This document shows positions 9,213 through 19,934 of a DNA stretch of 20,320 nucleotides, piece after piece. Source of the stretch: Octopus sinensis (taxonomy: Eukaryota); the NCBI RefSeq assembly GCF_006345805.1, contig NW_021823929.1, positions 1 to 20,320 of the forward strand, written 5' to 3'. The notes beneath the pieces were generated by a model. That model was not told where the DNA came from. It did no database searches and was given only the letters and a program-made list of their open reading frames with translations. The translations under genes were made by a program, and so were the position numbers. How positions within the stretch are numbered: position 1 is the stretch's first letter; each line of letters begins with the position of its first letter.

Positions 9213-9457
9213 TTTACTCTTTCACATGTTTTAATCATTTGACTGCGGCCATACTGGAACACCACCTTAAAGGGTTCTTTTAGCCGAAGAAATCGACTTC
9301 AGGACTTATACTTATTCTTTGTAAGCCTAGTACTTATTCTATCAGTCTCTTTTGCTGAACTGCTATGTTACGGGACGTAAACAAACAAACATCGGTTGTC
9401 ACGCGATGGTGGTCGTGGGGCAAAACACACACTCAAAGACACATAAATCTGTATATA

Positions 9458-9503
<46 letters not shown>

Positions 9504-9666
9504 GATGGGCTTCTTCCAGTTTTCGTCTGTCAAATCCACTCACAAGGTTTTAGTCGTCCCGAGGCTATGGTATAAGACACTTGCCCAAAGTGTCACGCAG
9601 TGGGACTGAACCCGGAACCATGCGGTTGGGAAGTAAGCTTCTTACCACAGAGACACGCCTGTTCCT
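9213..9666 (-). mobile_element. Full-length SINE family B copy
   Basis: Collinear with 7257-7726, including the internal (TA)n. Confidence 0.92.
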
Positions 9667-9924
9667 GTGTATGTATTTGTAAATTATTTGAATTAATTCT
9701 TTAGCATAAGATATTTTATATTTTTTGAATTATAAAGGTCTGATCGAAAGCCGGTTCCCCATGACATTTCCAGGGGCTTACTAAACTGGTGAGAAGAAGA
9801 GAGAAAGTTTTCTTCAAACCAGAGACTTAACTAGAAAGTCTGCCTCAAATGTAGTCCGCTAAAGGTACGCAAGTTGCTAAGCAGTGGTACCAAAATAGAT
9901 GAAGTTTACCTCCTAAGAAGGAAG

Positions 9925-10165
9925 GCTATGATAGGATTTGAACTCTGAACGTAAAAGGCCAGAATAAATACTGCAATGCATCCCATTCTGAGTTCTTATA
10001 GTTTCACCAATCCACTACATTGCATTGATATTTATTCTTTTCATCGATTACGAAAGGATAAAATCAAAGTTGACCTCTGTCGGGAATATGAAGCTCGAAC
10101 GCGAACAGTCGGAATACTACGAGGCAATCGATCCGGCGCTCAAACGACTCTGCAAATTCGCTACC
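9925..10165 (-). mobile_element. Two old, degenerate SINE family A-like head fragments
   Basis: GGATTTGAACTCTGAACGTA (~9934-9953) and CGAAAGGATAAAATCAAAGTTGACCTC...AACGACTCTGCAAATTCGCTACC (~10051-10165) match the family A reverse complement. Confidence 0.6.
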
Positions 10166-10551
10166 ATAAAACCAATTCGTCGCCATAATTGGATTAAGAA
10201 AAACAAAAAGTAAATGGCTTCTTATAGGATTAGAACTCCGAGTTGATACACATAACCAATAAATTCTGGACATCGGTAAGAAAAGTGATTAGCCGAGATT
10301 AAAGTCATATAGCTATGCTGTTCATGTCTGCAACATATTTACTATTCACATGAGTTATAAATCGCGGATTAGAAAACGTAAATCAAGCAGTCCGCCGTAG
10401 AATTTCAAGATCAGGAATACTTATAAGTTACAGAAAGAACGCCTTCAAGACACATATGTAGACATACAGACAGACACACACACATCCAACCAACAGACAA
10501 TCACTAATAAAGAAAACATTCAAGACCTGTCTATTTATCTGCGTATCTAAG

Positions 10552-10553
10552 TA

Positions 10554-10612
<59 letters not shown>

Positions 10613-10659
10613 GGAGGCTCGATAGGGTGTGTTATTAGTATGTGTGTGTGTGTGTGTGT

Positions 10660-10692
<33 letters not shown>
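10552..10692. repeat. Inverted (CA)n ... (TG)n microsatellite pair
   Basis: About 54 bp of (CA)n and about 53 bp of (TG)n, separated by a ~34-bp spacer. Confidence 0.9.
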
Positions 10693-10694
<2 letters not shown>

Positions 10695-11159
10695 TGCATG
10701 CATGTATGCTTGTACGTATGTAGTCGTTCGTTCTGTCTGTAAAATTTGTTGATCACACCGAATAAGTCTCAAACAGAACTCGACATTTAGTCTGAAAGCC
10801 TTACAGAAAATCTCTATAAGCGAAAACTGTTGTATAACAACGTCATGTGCGTCTTACTTCGTTTATCTTCTCTATAGAAAATTTGCATATATTTGCATAT
10901 AAAGAAGCAATAACAAAAAACAAAACAAAAAAAAAAAAACAGCTCAATCGTATTTCAGTTAATTTTTGTCGTTAATTCTTAAATTTAAAGACAATAATAT
11001 CTTTTTCCATTTCTGATCGAAGTTTAAATTAATTATTTCTTTTATTGTTTTTTTTTTTCTTCTTGATTTTTACATCTCCCAGTCATTTTATTTGTTTGTT
11101 TGTTTGTTTGTTTTTCTTTATTTCTTGTTATTCATTGTACACTGCTATGCAAAACTGTT

Positions 11160-11600
11160 GCCGCATCCACGCCACAAGCACCAACTTTGCCATTACCACT
11201 CCCACCATTAATGCCGCCACCGTTCCCAACGCCCCCGTACCACCACCTCCACCGCCACCACCACTGCTACAACCACTACCACTAACAACACTACTACTAC
11301 CACCACCACACTACTACAATCATCACCAGGACGACAACGACGACGACCACCACCACCACGACTACCACCACCATCACTACAACAACTACCACCACCACCG
11401 CCACCACACCGCTACCACCACTACCACCACCACCACTACAACCACCACCACCTCCACCTCCACCGCCATAACAACAACCACTACTACGACGACGACGAAC
11501 ACCACCACCACCACCACCCACCACCACCAGTGAACCACCATCACAACCACCAGTACCACCACCATCACTACCGCCACCACAACCACCACCATCAACAACA
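11160..11600. repeat. Degenerate (ACC)n/(ACT)n low-complexity tract
   Basis: Direct reading; source of poly-Pro/His/Thr/Val ORFs. Confidence 0.9.
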
Positions 11601-12269
11601 AAAGATGGCTCTCTGTGCTGTCGTTTGACTTGCTAGAAATAGAAACAAATTGGTTCTCGAATCAAAATTTACCTTATAAAATTATTGGTTAATATGTCCA
11701 TAAGATGCCATGCGATTTTGGGCAAAATCCCTCAGGGTAGCCACAATCGGGATGTCGTTGATCATTACTCGATAAGGTTGAACAATAAACATTGGTTGAA
11801 CAATAAACATTGTATACTATAACCGACAACCCACCAGCACCACCACCAGCACCACCATCACCACAAGCACCACAAGCACCACAAGCACCAGCACCAGCAC
11901 CACCACCACAACCACCATCACGACGACGACGACGACCACCACTACTATCACCACCATCACCACCACCATGAACGTCACTCCGTCTCAATGTGTTACCTTA
12001 AGCAATACCTCACCAGTACAAACGCCATGACCAATAGGCTGTCACAACCAACATCAATGGTTCCACTTGCCATCTACCACCACCAATAATAACAACGAAA
12101 CCGTCGGCACCGTCGTCAACGCCACTGCAATACCATCGCCTAAAACCACTAAAACTCCGTCACAGCAACCCAGTACACTACCGTTTTCACTATTACCAAA
12201 TCTATCACTACTCCACCCCACACAGCACTACCAATGCCATCACCACCACCACCACCACCACCACCACCA

Positions 12270-12630
12270 CCACCACTGCTCTCAACCAGCCGTAACAACC
12301 ACATAACAACGGCACCATCACTACCATCTCCAGAACCATCACCAGAACCATCACCACCACCACCACTGCTCTCACCCAGCCGCAACAACCGCATAACAAA
12401 CGACACCATCACTACCATCTCCAGAACCATCAACAGAACCACCACCACCACCACCACCACACCACTACCACTGCTCTCACCCAGCCGCAACAACCGCATA
12501 ACAAACGACACCATCACTACCATCTCCAGAACCATCAACAGAACCACCACCACCACCACCACTGCTCTCACCCAGCCGTAACAACCGCATAACAAACGAC
12601 ACCATCACTACCATCTCCAGAACCATCACC
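12270..12630. repeat. Minisatellite, ~4 units of ~90-105 bp
   Basis: The unit CCACTGCTCTCACCCAGCCGCAACAACCGCATAACAAACGACACCATCACTACCATCTCCAGAACCATCA plus variable (ACC)n recurs four times. Confidence 0.9.
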
Positions 12631-12947
12631 AGGACTGTCACAATGCTTTTCACCATAAACGATAATTACCACACCGTCTCCATTAAGAAAAAAACATATT
12701 CGTTATCTTTTCATTTCTATCTTTCATCTCACAATGTTTCCTGTTTTGCTTTTCGCCTGTTTATTCTTCTCTAAATTTTTTAAATATTATCTTGTTTACA
12801 TAACTATAATTTCAATATATATTTACGATATTATAAATACATTTTATTGTCGTGTCGTTTGATTGTCTTACTCCATTTTATTTCTTGACTTCTGTTTCAA
12901 TAATATTATTATTTCAAAAATCTTTTACTTTCATTCTATAATTCTCT

Positions 12948-13185
12948 CGGTCTCTCTTTTCTCACCTACTTCCTTTTGCATCTCCCTTTCCTTCTTCTTT
13001 CTTCCCTTCTCTTATTCTCCCGGTCTCTCTCTTTTCTCACCTACTTCCTTTTGCATCTCCCTTTCCTTCTTCCTTCTTTCCTTATTCTTCCGGTCTCTCG
13101 CTTTTCTCACCTACTTCCTTTTGCATCTCCCTTTCCTTCTTCCTTCTCTTACTCTCCCGATCTCTCTCTTTTCTCACCTACATCC
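12948..13185. repeat. ~70-bp pyrimidine-rich minisatellite, 3+ units
   Basis: CGGTCTCTC..TTTTCTCACCTACTTCCTTTTGCATCTCCCTTTCCTTCTTC recurs at ~12948, 13021 and 13091, with a partial copy at ~13158. Confidence 0.9.
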
Positions 13186-14440
13186 TCGCTCTCTCTGTAC
13201 TACTCTCCTTCCTTTTTCTTCTGTTCCTCTTTACCAGTTTTCCTTCTCTCTATCACTCTTCTTCCTCTTTCTCTCTCCTCTTCCTTCATCTTCCTTCACA
13301 TCTGTCTTTCTCTCATTCATCTTCACTCTTCCTTTCCTTCTTCTTCTTCTTCTTCTTCTTCTTCTTCTCCTTACTCCTCGTTGTTCTCTCTGTTTTCTCT
13401 CTCTCACTCCATTCCTTTCGCATCTCTACTTATCTTTATTTTCTCTCTTTCCTCCTCTTTCTCTTTTCTTTTCTGTCTCCGTTCTTCTTACTCTCTTTTT
13501 CCTTTTCTTCCAATTTCTTCTCCTCTTCTTTCTTCTCTTCCTTCGTCATCTCTCTCTTCTTCTTTCTTCTTCTTCTCTTCTTTTGTCTTTCTTCTTCTTC
13601 TTTTCTTTCTGCTCTTCTCTTCTTGTTCTCTCCTTTCTTCTCCTGTCTTCTTCGTCTCTTCTTTCTTGCTTCTTCTTCTGTTTTCTCTTGTTCTTCTTCT
13701 TCTTCTTTCTTCTTCTTCTCTTCTTCTTCTTCCTCCTTCCTCCTCCTCCTTCTCTCCTTCTTCTTGTCTTTTCTTCTTCGGTTCTTGTTTCTTTCTTCTT
13801 CTGTTCTTCTTCTTCTTTCTTCTTTCTCTCTTCTTCACTTCCTTCTTCTTCTACTTCCTACTCTCTCTCTTCTCCTCTCCTTCTTCCTCTTCTTCTTCTT
13901 CCTTTTCCTTCTTCTTTCTTTCTTCTTCTTCTTTTTTCTTTCTCTGCTTCTTCTTCTTCCTTCTTCTGTCTCTCCTTCTCTTCCTCCTTCTTGCTGTTCT
14001 TGTCTTGTCTTCTCTCTTCTCTTCTTCTTCTCTCCTCTTCTTCCTCCTCCTCCCTCTTTTTTTCTTCTCTCGTCTCCTTCCTCCTCTCCTTCCTCTTCCT
14101 CCTCCTCCTTATCTCCTTCTTCCTTCTTCCTCTCCTTCTTTCCTCTCTCCTCCTCTCCTTCCTTCCTTCCTCTTCCCCTTTCTTCTCGTCTTTCTTCTCC
14201 TCCTTTCTCTCTTGTTCCTCTCGTTCTTTCTCTTCTCTCTCTTCCCCTCTCACTCCTCTCTCTTCTTCTCTCTCTCTCTTCTCTTTCTCTGCTTCCTCTC
14301 TCCTTCTCTCCTCTTCCCTCCTCCTCTCCTCTTTTCCTCTCTCTCTCTCTCTCTTCTTGGTCTCTTGTTCTTGGCTTCTTCTTCTCCTTTCTTCTCTCCC
14401 TTCTCTCTCTCTTCTTCTCTTCTTCTCTTCTCTTCTTCTT
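13186..14440. repeat. Long polypyrimidine/polypurine tract (degenerate TTC/TCC/TC)
   Basis: Almost exclusively C/T on the + strand; explains the 551-, 501- and 296-aa Leu/Phe/Ser ORFs. Confidence 0.95.
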
Positions 14441-14994
14441 GCTCGATTCTTATTATTTCTCCACTCGCTTTTGCTATATAGTTTGTTTTCGTATTTCTCT
14501 ACAAGATCGATAACCTAGATAAACCCCAGTGTGTGTATTCCTCAAATCAAACCCTCCATAAATTCGAACAAGGACGCATTAAGCAAACACAGTCCTAGAA
14601 ACATTTGTAACTGAATAAAGACGCCATTGCAGAGGTGGAACACCTTTGATCGTAATTTCAATCGATCGCTGCTTATCGCTTTCCGTTATGCTTGCCATGT
14701 CAGAGGATAGGAATTGTGTTGATGACCTCCGAGGTTCTACTGTGATAGGTGAGGACGATGTCATTAATGTTTCGCTTAAGCTGGAATGAAGTGAAACACG
14801 GGGAACGCGGAAATGCAGTAGGTTGACGCCCTGAGAACTAAGGTGTGGGTTTACTTGGTTGTGGTGGTTAAGTGACGGGAATTTTGGGAAAAAAACCCAC
14901 CATAGGCAAAGGGAAATGAGCCAGTAAAAGACACAGTCGGGTCCAAGAGTGGTTGAGCGTAGTTGGAACGAGATCAGAAATATCTTCCTCCACA

Positions 14995-15080
14995 ATCACC
15001 ACCACCACCACCACCACCACCACCGTCGCCATCGCGGATGCCATCGCCAACGATAACGCTATCGCCGACGCCACCACCAT

Positions 15081-15114
<34 letters not shown>

Positions 15115-15153
15115 GCTACCACCTCCACCACCACCACCACCACCACCACCACC

Positions 15154-15191
<38 letters not shown>

Positions 15192-15192
15192 A
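14995..15192. repeat. (ACC)n/(ACT)n microsatellite
   Basis: Direct reading. Confidence 0.95.
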
Positions 15193-15196
15193 TAAT

Positions 15197-15427
15197 ATTT
15201 CTTTACTACCCACAAGGGGCTAAACACAGAGGGGACAAACAAGGACAGACAAAAGGATTAAGTCGATTACATCGACCCCCAGTGCGTAACTGGTACTAAT
15301 TTATCGATCCCGAAAGGATGAAAGGGAAAGTCGACCTCGGCGGAATTTGAACTCAGAACGTAACGGCAGACAAAATAAGTCTACGCATTTCGCCCGGCGT
15401 GCTAACGTTTGTGCCAGCTCGCCGCCT
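15197..15427 (-). mobile_element. Full-length SINE family A copy
   Basis: Minus-strand head GGCGGCGAGCTGGCACAAACGTTAGCACG, B box GAGTTCAAATTCC, tail CCCCTTGTGGGTAGTAAAGAAAT. Confidence 0.92.
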
Positions 15428-15982
15428 ATAATCATCACCACTACTACCACCAAACCACCACCATCACTATCACCACCATCAATAAAAAAAATAGTCTCTG
15501 AATGTCTCAGCTGTATGCCAAAATCGCAATTGTCGTTAAAAATATATTCCGTATTTAGCCCAAAATAGACTTAGCATTTTAAATATACTTCAATTTAGAA
15601 TAAAAACAGTAATAGTAGTAGTAGTAGAAGCAGCAGTAGCAGCAGCAATAGCAACAACAGTGATAAAAAATAGAAAGAAAAGAAATATTCCGATATGAAT
15701 CGAACGTGCTGCGGGTTTTAATAGTTAGTTATAGACTTCCTTCGATAAATATGGAAATATTCGTTGATATAAATAGATTAGACTTAGTGGTTTGTGCAAG
15801 GGAAGGGGAGAAAGAGGCACACAAGGGTTGAGAGATACAGAGATGATATAGGTTAGGGGAAGGTGTCACAAAGTGATGGGGGATACTAGTTTACCCAGTT
15901 CCTAGATGCAGAGGCCATTATAGTAGCAACAGAAAAGACATAGAGGAGCCAACATGTCTAACACAGAGTTTGGTTTGTGTAA

Positions 15983-16709
15983 GGTGGCGAGCTGGCAGAA
16001 ACGTTAGCACGTCGGACAAAATGCTTAGCGGTATTTCGTTTGCCGCTACGTTCTGAGTTCAAATTCCGCCGAGGCTCGACTTTGCCTTTCATCCTTTCGG
16101 GGTCGATTAAACAAGTACCAGTTATGCACTGTGTCGATATAATGGAATTAATCCGTTTGTCTGTCCTTGTTTTTCCTCTCTGTGTTTAGCCCTTTGTGGG
16201 TAGTAAAGAAATAGGTACTTCGTCTGCCGCTACGTTCCGAGTTCAAATTCCGTCGAGGTCGACTTTGCCTTTCATCCTTTCGAAGCCGATAAATTAAGTA
16301 CCAGTTACGACTTAATCCCTTTGTCTGTCCTTGTTTGTTCCCTCTATGTTTAGCCCCTTGTGGGTAGTAAAGAAATAGGTATTTCGTCTGCCGTTACGTT
16401 TGCCTTTCATCCTTTCGGGGTCGATTAAAGAAGTACCAGTTATGCACTGGGGTCGATATAATTGACTTAATTCGTTTGTCTGACATTGTTTGTCCTCTCT
16501 GTGTTTAGCTCCTTGTGGGTAGTAAAGAAATAGATCTGCCGCTACGTTCTGAGTTCAAATTCTGCCGAGGTCGACTTTGTCTTTCAACCTTTCGGGGTCG
16601 ATTAAATATGTACCAGTTACACACTGGGGTTGATATAATCGACTTAATCCGTTTGTCTGACATTATTTGTCCCCTCTGTGTGTAGCCTCTAGTGGGCAGT
16701 AAAGAAATA
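15983..16709 (+). mobile_element. SINE family A tandem array: one full copy plus three head-less repeats
   Basis: Units 15983-16213, 16214-16377, 16378-16532 and 16533-16709 each end AGTAAAGAAATA; units 2-4 restart at the internal GGTATTTCGTCTGCCG site. Confidence 0.92.
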
Positions 16710-17000
16710 AGAGATTGGTTTGTGTCCAGTAGCGATAGATTGCCAATTAACCTATCTTCAGCCCCCAAAATATCGGCTCTCTTGGACATTCTCTCCGATT
16801 GTGTTTCATCTTCAATTGTTGTCCCGCAACTTTTGAAATGCAACTTAAACAGCGTTAATGTCATCAGTTACGAGGGATTGTAAGGGTTAAAGTCTCTGTT
16901 ACTTTCTCAATACACACGCATGAACACATCACACGTATTACTGGGGCTAGCAAAATTAAGAAAAAAAAGGAAAAACGGAATATCAATTTATTTTCCATCT

Positions 17001-17318
17001 TTTTATTTTTATGCGCCTTTTTCAAGCCTAGCCAGGTTCATGGGCCCGGTTTCCCGGTTTCTATGGCGTATGTGTTCCCTCCAGCTGGACGGGACGCCAG
17101 TCCATCGCAGCATCACTCAAGAAACAGGAAGAAAGAGTGAGAGAAAGTTGGGGCGAAAGAGTACAACAGGGGTCGCCACCACCACCCCCTGCCGGAGCCT
17201 CGCGGAACTTTACGTGATTTCGTTCAATAAACACTCACAACGCCCGGTCTGGGAATCGAAACCGCGATCCTCCGACCGCGAGTCCGCTGCGCTAACCACT
17301 GGGCCATTGCGCCCCCAC
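17001..17318 (-). mobile_element. Full-length tRNA(Arg)-like SINE with 12-bp TSD and A-rich tail
   Basis: TSD TATTTTCCATCT at 16989-17000 and 17319-17330; minus-strand head GGCGCAATGGCCCAGTGGTTAGCGCAGCGGACTCGCGGTC...GGTTTCGATTCCC (TCG at the anticodon position); tail ATAAAAATAAAA. Confidence 0.93.
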
Positions 17319-18037
17319 TATTTTCCATCTAGCAGGAAAAAAAAAACAAAACAGAAGACTAAAATCGATGATCATCAATGTCAATAGCGTCCTCTTGATT
17401 TGTCGACCGTAATTCCCAAGATCAGATAAAATTAACATTAGCCATGAGCTAATGGTTTATTTCCTTCACCAACCAATCATTATCAATTCCATTTTTATAT
17501 TCCTCATTACGCTAATATGATGGCGCTAACTTTACCAGTATTTTCTTGTACATAATAAATTCCTACGTAATACCTCTGCGTTCTTGAAAATGCAACAACT
17601 CGACCCCGCAAACAAAAAACAAAAAAAATACAAAAAGGGAAAAAGACGCTTATCTAAGTTTTTCTAATCCTTGGCCAATCCGTATAATTTAGCGATTCGT
17701 GTAATGGATGAAGGTTGTTGACTCGACTGGTATCAGCCATGAATTTAGTATGGTCTTGCCTTACGATGATAAGACATAGCATTCTAAATCAAGATATGTA
17801 TCTCTCAATGGCTGAGAATGAGTGCATTCAGCTGTACCCGATGGGTGTCATAACTCACCGACTTAAGCAGTACAATGGTTTGTCGGATTCCAGTTAGGGT
17901 TAAAATAGGAAATTTTATCGAAAAATTGTGTACGATAATCCAGTGTCGTTTCAAGAAAGAGTTGTCATTTGATCCGTTCTTTAACGGTATGGAGACTGAA
18001 ACTGGATATTATTTCTGATGGTTCTTAGTAATAACCA

Positions 18038-18289
18038 AGCGTGACTCTGTGGTAAAAAGCTTGCTTTCCCAACCACTGGTTCCGTGTTCTCTCCCAGAGT
18101 GTGGCACCTTGGGCAAATGTTTTCTGCTATAGCCCCGGCCAGACCAAAGCCTTGTGAGTGGATTTGGTAGAGGGAAACTGAAACAAGACTGTCGTATATA
18201 TATATATATATATATAATATTCTATATATATATATATATTAATATATATATATATGTGTGTGTGTTGTGTGTGTGTGTGCGTGTGTGTG

Positions 18290-18320
<31 letters not shown>

Positions 18321-18615
18321 CTGTATGTGTTGTGTGCGTGCGTGTGCGTGCGTGTGTGTGTGTTGGTGTGTGTGCGTGTGTGTATGGGTGTATGTGTCTT
18401 TGTTTGTCACCCCACCAACTTGTTTACCAGCGAGAACTTGTGTGTTTAAGTCTCCGTAACATAGTGGTTCGCAAAATGACCGATTAAATAAATACCAGGC
18501 TTTAAAAGAAATAACTACTGGGGTCGAAAAATTCTTCAACGCTAGAAATTCTTCAACGCGGTGCCCCAGTATGGCCGCTGTCGAATGACTGGAGCAAGTA
18601 AAAGATAAAAGATAA
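18038..18615 (+). mobile_element. SINE family B copy with expanded internal (TA)n(TG)n
   Basis: GGCACCTTGGGCAAATGT..GCCTTGTGAGTGGATTTGGTAG..ATGGCCGC..AAGTAAAAGATAAAAGATAA. Confidence 0.9.
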
Positions 18616-18925
18616 TCAAAGAAAATTACTCAAGTAGAGTAATGGCAAGAATATAGATGAATAATCAAAAAAAAGGGTTATACTGAATGTCGTTCGAAAA
18701 CGACATTATTTGAGATGTTCCTCTTAGTTGGAGATAACAAAACTCTTTGAATACCATACTGATTCTGAACCATTCGATTGATATCTAAACAATAAGAGAA
18801 CGCACGCAAACATCTCGCATATATTAATAAATAAATACATTGATTAATTAGCACGCTTAATGATTTGTTTATTTGCTACACAGCACATTCTTCACGAAAG
18901 TTGACTGGCTTGCAGGAATAGAAAA

Positions 18926-19322
18926 TCTTTATATATAAAAGTCAAGTTGTGTGTCTGTCTCCTACGATTTAGATTCCTAACTACTCCCACATATTGCCGC
19001 GCAGTTTAACCAAAACCGGGTATCTTATAGTCGTGATTCATATCGAGCCCTTCTGGGTATTAGCTCGCGTCTACGATGAGTCTACGATTAAAAAAAAAAT
19101 ACCATCTTTTTTTTTCCATTTTAATGCATTTTTTCGCTATTATATAAGGGAAGTAACTCTCTAAAAATGTCTACGATGAGTCAACGATTTAAAAAAAAAA
19201 TTACCATAATTTGTTTTCCATTTTTAATGCATTTTTTTGCTATTTTTTGGCTATAACTCTCTAAAAATGCTTATATAGTTATTTCCCTTACAAACCCGAG
19301 CAACGCCGGGCGATACTGCTAG
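18926..19322 (+). mobile_element. Non-autonomous Helitron (397 bp)
   Basis: Starts TC after host A and ends CTAG before host T; subterminal GC hairpin CCCGAGCAACGCCGGG (19295-19310) 8 nt before CTAG; no TSD; internal 100-bp tandem duplication. Confidence 0.9.
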
Positions 19323-19353
19323 TCATAAATAAACCGTCAGTTCATTCCCACAG

Positions 19354-19576
19354 AGGCACCGAGTTTGCAGAATCGTTAGCACGCAGGAAAAAAACATGCT
19401 AAGCGGCATTTCTTCCAGGCTTTTAATGTTCTAAGTTCAGATTCTACTGTGGTTGACTTTGCCTTGCCTCCTTCCGGGGCTGATAACAGAGGTACCAGGC
19501 GGTCACTCGCATCAAAGTAATTGACTAGATCTCTCACACCAAATTTCAAGCCTTGTGCCTAAATTAGGTAAAGATT
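19354..19576 (+). mobile_element. Degenerate SINE family A-related copy
   Basis: GCAGAATCGTTAGCACGC head, GGTTGACTTTGCCTT core, AAATTTCAAGCCTTGTGCCTA tail. Confidence 0.8.
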
Positions 19577-19934
19577 TATACATGTAGATATCATTTTTGT
19601 CGCAACAGAACTTAATTTCATAGCGAAATTTGAGGAGAAACGTATTTTCGTTATTGTTGGTAAAATATCTATTCTATAAACAACAGAGTAGCATATGGAC
19701 AAAACACTAAACGTGATAATTAATAATCAATGTATTTATTTATTAATATATGCGAGATGTTTGCGTGCGTTCTCTTATAATTTAGTTTTTGTATATAATC
19801 CAAATGATTTTCACATTAAACATCGCAACAAATTCGACGCAAGCAAAGTCCTATGATTGCAAGCTGAGAACTACGTTGTCCCGACGCGGACTACACTGGT
19901 TCCTATTGAACGACACTTCCAGCTTCTGGCTGAC

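Larger units (their letters stand above)
18785..19785. mobile_element. TIR-bounded element (MITE-like, ~100-bp inverted arms) carrying a nested Helitron and SINE
   Basis: Perfect 55-bp inverted match 18792-18846 vs 19724-19778, extending imperfectly to ~18785-18883 vs ~19684-19785. Confidence 0.75.

Noticed and set aside
11045-12595. Mucin/extensin-like Pro/Thr/His ORFs
   Set aside because: Derived from (ACC)n tracts and a minisatellite; open in multiple frames and strands; no splice or homology support.
12863-14518. 551-, 501- and 296-aa ORFs that look like multi-pass membrane proteins, plus the antisense Glu/Lys/Arg ORFs
   Set aside because: They are open only because a C/T-only tract cannot encode stops; all frames are open and there is no domain.
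15983-16709. Regularly repeated units as a possible CRISPR-like array
   Set aside because: Units are contiguous SINE duplicates without unique spacers; the context is eukaryotic and there are no cas genes.
16745-16889. TTAACC...AGGGTTAA as a piggyBac-like MITE
   Set aside because: The inverted match is limited to about 6 bp; not enough support.
17245-17318. tRNA-like sequences (also ~9095-9166, 6691-6770, 5340-5412)
   Set aside because: They are SINE heads: followed by SINE bodies, flanked by TSDs in two cases, and lacking a closed acceptor stem.
16505-17387. 119-aa and 155-aa ORFs
   Set aside because: They run largely through SINE sequence in antisense; no protein-like features.
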